Part shown: positions 57,835-64,000 of the stretch, in pieces
How positions within the stretch are numbered: position 1 is the stretch's first letter
How the letters are laid out: the number at the start of each line of letters is the position of its first letter
Assembly: GCA_965224085.1 (NCBI GenBank)
Contig: CBDCYI010000005.1
Coordinates: 320,001 to 384,000, forward strand
DNA length: 64,000 bases
From: Candidatus Marinacidobacterales bacterium
Lineage (GTDB): Bacteria; Acidobacteriota; Vicinamibacteria; Marinacidobacterales; SMYC01
Direction: 5' to 3'
The notes under the pieces: generated by a model
The model's database searches: none
Told to the model about the DNA's origin: nothing
Seen by the model: the letters and a program-made list of their open reading frames with translations, nothing else
Translations under genes and position numbers: made by a program

Positions 57835-60009
57835 CTATGGCTTCAAGTGACGCTCCATGAACTCGAACACCATCGTCCAGAGATGGATCACTTCGTTCGA
57901 GCCGCGTATCCCGTGCGTCTTGTTCGGATAGAACATGAGGTCGAACTGTTTCTGGTTCTTGATGAGGGCGTCGATCAGCTGAAACGTATTCTGCGGGTGC
58001 ACGTTGTCGTCGTGGCTCCCGTGGATGATGAGCATCCGTCCGTTATAGTTCGAGGCGTCGACAACGGAGGAGGTCCGCTCATAGGCTTTCGGATCTTCCT
58101 CGGGAACGCCCATATAGCGCTCGGTATAGATCGAATCGTAAAGATACCAATCAGTGACGGGTGCCCCCGCGACGCCGATCTTGAACAGATCCGTATGCGT
58201 CATGTGGAATGTGGTCGTGAAGCCCCCGCCGCTCCAACCCCAGACGCCGGTATTCTCACTATCGATGTAGGGCAAGCCGGTGAGGTACTCGACCGCGACC
58301 GCGTGATCTTGGACCGCAAGCGGACCGATATTGTGATCTCCGAGCACCGCATATTTCTTTCCCCAAATCGCCGAGCTTCGATCGTCGATTTGCGCGACGA
58401 CATAGCCCTCCTGGACGAGGAATTGGTGAAATAGAAAGCGGTTCCCTCCCCACGAGTCACGAATGGTCGGCGCCCCCGGCATCCCGTAGACATAGGCGAC
58501 GAGTGGATATTTCTTGCCGGGCTCGATCTCGCGGGGCTTCATCAACAACAACCCGACCTTGTGGCCGTCCGGCGTATCGAGCAAGGTCCGCTGCGGCTCG
58601 ACCAGATCGTAGCCTTCGATCGGCTCGGGCTCGTGAAAGACCGCGGCGCCATCCGAGCCGACATTTCGCAGCGTGGTGCCGCCGGGCTCCGTCATCGAGG
58701 CGAAGCGATCGAGATAAGCTCCTGTCTCCACGTTCAAATTGATCTGATGTGTCCCGATGCCGTCGGTCAACCGCTCGACAGGCGAGCGGTCGAGTTTTAC
58801 CCGGTAGAGGTCGCGGCCGATCGGGTTGTCGCGGTTGGCGGAGAAGTAGACGAGCTCCTTGTCGCCGTCGAACCCGTCGAGCCCGAAGACTTGCCAATCA
58901 CCGTCCGTCAGCTGTTCGAGGACCCTCCCCTGCTCGTCGTCGTAGAGATAGAGGTGGCGGAAGCCCGATCGCTCCGACGTCCAAAGGAAGCGGTCGCCGC
59001 TGAGGAAGGTCAAGTCGTTGGTCAGGTTGATCCAATGCGCGTCGGTTTCCGTCATGACAGTACGCGAGCGGCCGCTTCTGGGATCCACGTAGATGAGCTG
59101 AAGCTCATCCTGGCCGCGGTTCAAGAGCTGTATCGCCACCTTGTCGCCGTCCCTCCAATCGATCCGCGCGATGTACTCGGCGGAGCGATCGATCCAGACC
59201 GTACGGCCGTTTTCCACGTTCACGATACCGGCACGCACGCGCGGGTTCGGATCACCGGGCTTCGGGTACCGCTGAAGATCGACGCTCGCTTGGCGTGAGA
59301 CGATCTCTGGAATCGGGTAGGTGGGCACGAGCGTCTCATCGAGCTCCAGAAACGCGATGCGCCGGCTGTCGGGGGACCAGTGGTAGCCGGTCCTGACATT
59401 CAGCTCTTCGGGGTAGACCCAGTCGAGATCGCCGTGGAGGATCAATTCGCTCCCGCCGAACGTCAGCTGCTTTTCCTCCCCGCCGGCCCCGGAGGCGGGG
59501 ACCACCCAAAGGTCGTGCTCATAGACGAAGGCGATGGACGCTCCGTCCGGGGAGAACTTGGGGTCGTGGACGTCGTTCTTGGACGGAGCGAGGTGCGTGG
59601 CGCCGCCGCTCTCGAGGTCGTAGACGAGGATCCGGCCCGAACTTGCCAGCAGAAGCGAGTTGCCGTCGGGGGACCAGTGATAATCGGGAACGCCGAAGCG
59701 CGTTCGGCGGGTGCGCTCACGCTCCGCGTCTGTCACTTGCGTGGGCGACGGCGCGATATCGCGGAGGATGTCCTCCGACACGATCACGCGTCGCTCGAAC
59801 GTACCGCTGTCGAACAGCCAGAGATCCCTTCCATCGTCCGAGGACAGGAAGTAGCTGAGATGCCCTTCGGGGGTCCAGCGTGTCTGAGAAGGAGCGGGCG
59901 AGGACAAGTCGCCGCCGTAAATGGCTTCGATGGTGAGTTTCTTGGGCTGCGCTTCCGCGAGCGTGAACGGCACGAGCGACACGAGGACGATAGCAATCGA
60001 GCGATACAT
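57835..60009 (-). CDS. Dipeptidyl-peptidase IV (S9B) family
   Basis: DWVYPEE, RYPKPG, GWSGGG, YDSIYTERYMG, HGSHDDNVH, KTHG. Confidence 0.93.
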   Translation of the reverse strand: MYRSIAIVLVSLVPFTLAEAQPKKLTIEAIYGGDLSSPAPSQTRWTPEGHLSYFLSSDDGRDLWLFDSGTFERRVIVSEDILRDIAPSPTQVTDAERERTRRTRFGVPDYHWSPDGNSLLLASSGRILVYDLESGGATHLAPSKNDVHDPKFSPDGASIAFVYEHDLWVVPASGAGGEEKQLTFGGSELILHGDLDWVYPEELNVRTGYHWSPDSRRIAFLELDETLVPTYPIPEIVSRQASVDLQRYPKPGDPNPRVRAGIVNVENGRTVWIDRSAEYIARIDWRDGDKVAIQLLNRGQDELQLIYVDPRSGRSRTVMTETDAHWINLTNDLTFLSGDRFLWTSERSGFRHLYLYDDEQGRVLEQLTDGDWQVFGLDGFDGDKELVYFSANRDNPIGRDLYRVKLDRSPVERLTDGIGTHQINLNVETGAYLDRFASMTEPGGTTLRNVGSDGAAVFHEPEPIEGYDLVEPQRTLLDTPDGHKVGLLLMKPREIEPGKKYPLVAYVYGMPGAPTIRDSWGGNRFLFHQFLVQEGYVVAQIDDRSSAIWGKKYAVLGDHNIGPLAVQDHAVAVEYLTGLPYIDSENTGVWGWSGGGFTTTFHMTHTDLFKIGVAGAPVTDWYLYDSIYTERYMGVPEEDPKAYERTSSVVDASNYNGRMLIIHGSHDDNVHPQNTFQLIDALIKNQKQFDLMFYPNKTHGIRGSNEVIHLWTMVFEFMERHLKP

Positions 60010-60397
60010 AGCGCGTGGAACCTCCAAGGCGGCAAGGGTGGCCTGAAAGGTACCAGCCTTGGTCGAACGGTTCAACGTGTAGCCGCTGGCAGCCGCTGCG
60101 CCGCGAAAACCAAGGCGTCCGCGGCGGCTCAGAAAGCGACAACCACGAGTGTGTCTTGATTGCGGAGGCTCCCTCGCATCACGCGCTTGAAGACGTGCGA
60201 GCCGAATCGAACGACACCCTTCGTGTTTGTGTTGTCGAATCCTTGCTTGCCATCGAGCTGAGCGATTTGCTCGCTCAACAGGCGAAGTTCTTCAGGATGG
60301 TTCGTGAACGGCTGTGATCTCGTCGCTGAAAATGCACATCGCGCACCCTCCGGATCCAGTCTAAGACACAGGCCGGAGACTGCAACCGGTCGCGCAG

Positions 60398-61588
60398 TCA
60401 GGGAGCGGGAAGGTTCGACTTTGTAGCGCGTAGAATTTCCGCGCTCACGGCATGCTCCTCGCTCGCCGCCATCTTCATGAGAAGCCGGGCGTAGAGCCGG
60501 TCGCGAACAGACTGTGGGAGACGGTCGAACAAATCGCTGTAGATCATGTAACTCAACGGATAGCGGAAGAGACGCGTCTTCAAATCGAGCTCACGCAATG
60601 ACCGCCCCTCGCGATCGCGCGGCCCCCTTGCAGAAAACGTCTTGGCAAACGCAGAGGCGCTTTGGACCGGCTGTGTCAGCGGGACCTCGTCCTCGAACAG
60701 CATGTAGCTGGCGACCTCTGCGATGCGCGCCTCGAGAGCACCATCTCGCGTGTCGTCCTCGGCCGCGATGCGCGTTTCCCATCCGAGACGGATCAAGAGA
60801 TTCGTCATTTGCGTTTGATGCTCGAGGGTCATGAGAGCGGCGAGGTCGCTCGTGGGCGCCAAGTAGTCGCTCATGTCCAGAGGCAAGCTCACACCCGCTG
60901 GGGCGCCGCCCGTGGGGCTCGAAGATACGGTGTTGCCGCGATGCGCCGCAGCACCCAAATCGCTCACGAACCATCCGCCCCAGCGGTCTTCGAAAGACGT
61001 GCGATGATCAGAAACGATCGAGCCTCGGTAGTCCGGCCGGCCCGTCGGAGATACGTATACCGAGCCGACATAGACGCCGGCCACGCCGAGCGTCGCGGCA
61101 TCGTGGTGACACGCCAAGCAAAGCTTCGATCGATCGAAGCGCGGCGGACCGATCTTCGCTGCGCGCATCGTATAAAAGATCGCGCCCCGGACAGGGTCGA
61201 TCGCGGCGAGCTCGATGACGTTCGCACCCGGCACGAATCCGATTGCCACGTCGTCGTTAAAATAAATTGAACGCGGCGACGTCCGCGAGATGAGCTGTCG
61301 TTGGAGACTCGTCTTCGAGAACACGAGCACCTGTGAATGGACGCTCACGCCGAGTGCCCGAAGAAGCGCCGGGAGGTATCCGTGCCCATCCGCTACGTAC
61401 GCAAGCTCGAGCTCGCCGCGCTCGAGGCGCTCGGCAAGCCTGGTGACGGGATCCTCGAGCGGCGTGTCCCAGTACCGAATGGCGCGATGGTCGAGCTCGA
61501 GATTTTTTTCGTAGATCTGCCCGACCGCCGCCGGCGCAAGCCATATCGTCAGAGCGCCCGCCAAGACCAGCCCACGTTTCGTCAGCAT
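60398..61588 (-). CDS. Secreted hypothetical protein with one c-type heme motif
   Basis: Signal peptide; SQVLVFSKTS, CLACH, RWGGW, LMTLEHQ, FRYPLSYMIYS. Confidence 0.8.
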   Translation of the reverse strand: MLTKRGLVLAGALTIWLAPAAVGQIYEKNLELDHRAIRYWDTPLEDPVTRLAERLERGELELAYVADGHGYLPALLRALGVSVHSQVLVFSKTSLQRQLISRTSPRSIYFNDDVAIGFVPGANVIELAAIDPVRGAIFYTMRAAKIGPPRFDRSKLCLACHHDAATLGVAGVYVGSVYVSPTGRPDYRGSIVSDHRTSFEDRWGGWFVSDLGAAAHRGNTVSSSPTGGAPAGVSLPLDMSDYLAPTSDLAALMTLEHQTQMTNLLIRLGWETRIAAEDDTRDGALEARIAEVASYMLFEDEVPLTQPVQSASAFAKTFSARGPRDREGRSLRELDLKTRLFRYPLSYMIYSDLFDRLPQSVRDRLYARLLMKMAASEEHAVSAEILRATKSNLPAP

Positions 61589-61706
61589 GAGTTAACATTA
61601 TTATAGGCGGGGGCGCTCGCGACGCAGTTGCAAATGGTCTCGATATCCAATAAAAATAATCGGGGATCTCGGGGCGTTCATACGGCTGCGGTAGGGCAGA
61701 GGATCG

Positions 61707-64000
61707 ATGAAGAAGTCTTTCTTGGCAGGGGTATACACCCTCACGGCTGCGCTCGCGGCATCTGGCAGCGAGTCACCAGAGTCGGTGGCGGCGCGTGCCG
61801 AGTTCGTTGAAAATTTCTGCTCGACCTGCCACAACGATGCGCTCGAGGTCGGAAATTTCTCGCTGGAGCAGGTCGATCTCGCCCAGCCCGCCCGCCACGC
61901 CGAAGCACTCGAAAAGGTCGTACTGAAGCTGCGTTCCGGAATGATGCCGCCCGAAGGGATGCCCCGACCGGATGCGTCGGAGCTCCATCGTTTCATCACG
62001 GATATCGAGACCGGGATCGACGACGCGGCGAGCGTCCATCCGAATCCGGGCAGGCCGATCCTCCATCGCTTGAATCGCACGGAATACGCCAACGCGATCC
62101 GCGACTTGCTCGCCCTTTCGATCGACACCGAGAAGCTCTTGCCCCCGGATGACATGAGCCAGGGCTACGACAACATGTCCGACGTCTTGACCGTTTCGCC
62201 GACCCTTCTCGAGAGCTACATCCAAGCGGCGGGAAAAATTAGCCGGCTTGCCGTGGGGGATCCGGGCGCGACCCCCATCGTCGAGACCTACCCGATCCCG
62301 CTCAAAGTCTCCCAGCTCCATCACGTCGAAGGAACACCGTTCGGGACACGCGGCGGGCTCGCCGTCACGCATAACTTTCCCACGGACGGAGACTACGTCA
62401 TTCGCTTGAGTCTCTATTTCCGGAGCCTCGGCCCGCTCTTCGGCGACAACAAGCCCGCCGAGGGCGAGCAGCTCGAGGTCGCGTTGAACGGGGAGCGCAT
62501 CGCGATATTCAACATAGACCGGAAGATGAAAGTCTCGGAGATCTTCAAGACGAAACCGACGCCCGTAGAAGCGGGGCCGCAAACGATATCGGCGTCGTTC
62601 ATCCAGCGGGCCGAAGGCCCGGTTCAAGATTTCGTCATGCCGTTCGATCAATCGACCGCGGATCTCACCACCGGCAACGTGCAAGGTTTGACGGGACTTC
62701 CCCACTTGAGAAATATCGGGATCGACGGCCCGTACGACGTCACCGGCGTGAGCGAGACACCGAGCCGCGATAAAATCTTTACGTGCCGCCCCGCCGGAAC
62801 GACCGCTGCGGACGAGCTTGCCTGCGCGCAGGAGATTCTGATGGGTCTCGCGCGGCGCGCTTTTCGCCGGCCCGTGGCGTCTGAAGACATCGCGAATATC
62901 ATGACGCTCTTCGCCTCCGGCCGCGACGGCGCAGATTTCGACGCCGGTATCCGAACGGCGCTTCAAGCCATTCTCGCGGACCCCGAGTTCATCTTTCGTT
63001 TCGAGCGCACACCAGACGACGTCGCTCCGGGAGCGAACTACCCGGTGAGCGAGCTCGAGCTCGCCTCGCGTTTGTCGTTCTTCCTCTGGAGCAGCGGACC
63101 GGATGACGAGCTCATCACGGTGGCGAGCGAGGGCAAGCTGCGCCTGCCCGAGGTCCTCGAAGCACAAACCCTCCGTCTGCTACAGGACCGGCGCGCCTCC
63201 ACGCTCGCGACGAGCTTCGCCTCGCACTGGCTCCATCTTCAAAACCTGGAGGAAATCCAGCCGGACATCTTTCTCTATCCGGACTGGGACTACAACCTGA
63301 CGAAATCCATGCGGCAGGAGACGCTGCTGTTCTTCCACAGCATCGTGCGCGAAGACCGAAGCATCCTCGACCTTTTAACCGCCGACTACACCTTCGTCGA
63401 CCAGCGTCTCGCGCATCACTATGAAGTGTCGAGCGCGCTCGGGAATCGATTTCGCCGGGTCGCCGTCGAAGACGAAACCCGCCGGGGGCTCCTCGGCCAT
63501 GCCAGCATCCTGACGCTCACGTCGCTCTCGAACCGGACGTCGCCCGTCATTCGCGGCGCTTGGATCATGGCCGTCTTGCTCGGCACGCCCCCTCCGAAGC
63601 CGCCAGCCAACGTCCCGCCGCTCAAAGAGAATGAGCACGGCGGACACGTGCTCTCGGTCCGTGAGCGCCTCGAGGCGCATCGGAAGAATCCCGCATGCGC
63701 CGCATGCCACAACATAATGGATCCGATCGGCTACTCGCTCGAGAATTTCGATCCAGTCGGGGCGTGGCGCACCAAAGATAGCGGCTTCGACATCGATCCG
63801 TCCGGGACCTATTTCGACGGCACCGTCGTCGCTGGGCCGGCCGATTTGCGAAAGTTTCTCCTGGAGCGCGAGACGCTCTTTCGGCGGAATTTCACGCGGC
63901 ACCTCTTGATGTACGCGATGGGCCGCGTCATTCAGCACTACGACATGCCGGCCGTGCGCGCCGTTGCTAAAGAGGCGAACGCGCACGGTGACCGGTTCTC
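61707..64000 (+). CDS. Planctomycete-type cytochrome c protein (DUF1587/1595/1592/1588/1585 architecture), 3' partial
   Basis: Manual translation: MKKSFLAG...FCSTCHN...MMPP...HRLNRTEYANAIRDLL...ELASRLSFFLWSSGPD...RTSPVIRG...CAACHNIMDPIG. Confidence 0.88.
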   Translation, partial: MKKSFLAGVYTLTAALAASGSESPESVAARAEFVENFCSTCHNDALEVGNFSLEQVDLAQPARHAEALEKVVLKLRSGMMPPEGMPRPDASELHRFITDIETGIDDAASVHPNPGRPILHRLNRTEYANAIRDLLALSIDTEKLLPPDDMSQGYDNMSDVLTVSPTLLESYIQAAGKISRLAVGDPGATPIVETYPIPLKVSQLHHVEGTPFGTRGGLAVTHNFPTDGDYVIRLSLYFRSLGPLFGDNKPAEGEQLEVALNGERIAIFNIDRKMKVSEIFKTKPTPVEAGPQTISASFIQRAEGPVQDFVMPFDQSTADLTTGNVQGLTGLPHLRNIGIDGPYDVTGVSETPSRDKIFTCRPAGTTAADELACAQEILMGLARRAFRRPVASEDIANIMTLFASGRDGADFDAGIRTALQAILADPEFIFRFERTPDDVAPGANYPVSELELASRLSFFLWSSGPDDELITVASEGKLRLPEVLEAQTLRLLQDRRASTLATSFASHWLHLQNLEEIQPDIFLYPDWDYNLTKSMRQETLLFFHSIVREDRSILDLLTADYTFVDQRLAHHYEVSSALGNRFRRVAVEDETRRGLLGHASILTLTSLSNRTSPVIRGAWIMAVLLGTPPPKPPANVPPLKENEHGGHVLSVRERLEAHRKNPACAACHNIMDPIGYSLENFDPVGAWRTKDSGFDIDPSGTYFDGTVVAGPADLRKFLLERETLFRRNFTRHLLMYAMGRVIQHYDMPAVRAVAKEANAHGDRF

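Noticed and set aside
60130-60390. Open minus-strand frame between the cytochrome and DPP IV genes
   Set aside because: No convincing start, RBS or motif.
236-63986. Long antisense or alternate-frame ORFs (e.g. 236-1105, 4000-5247, 5284-6888, 34693-35922, 61773-63167)
   Set aside because: Shadows of real genes in GC-rich DNA, with no recognisable motifs.

Overview
GC-rich bacterial DNA, most likely Acidobacteriota (inferred from an ADOP-type permease fragment, a GWxTD protein, an Oar-like TonB-dependent receptor and a DUF1592-type cytochrome c gene). Bases 1-53 kb form an accessory island of secreted hydrolase genes: five VPS10/BNR beta-propeller proteins (two recent paralog pairs), five S9 peptidases (one recent pair, one frameshifted), three amidohydrolases, an amidase, an M19 dipeptidase and a TBDR. 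A sixth, DPP IV-type S9 peptidase lies at 57.8-60 kb. These genes are interleaved with gene stubs and insertion sequences (IS110, IS6, IS630, IS1634, IS5, IS21-like). The strongest finding is an IS110 bridge-recombinase element (11103-12771) inserted at a CT core inside an IS6-type terminal inverted repeat; the reconstructed empty site is GGTA-CT-GTCAAGTT. Its upstream non-coding region contains segments matching both target halves and one donor half. A 64-bp miniature of the same IS110 sits at the identical base of a second IS6 end (3685-3748). Together these indicate an RNA-guided element parasitising IS6 ends. No rRNA, tRNA or CRISPR array was seen. All calls were made by eye; no searches were run.
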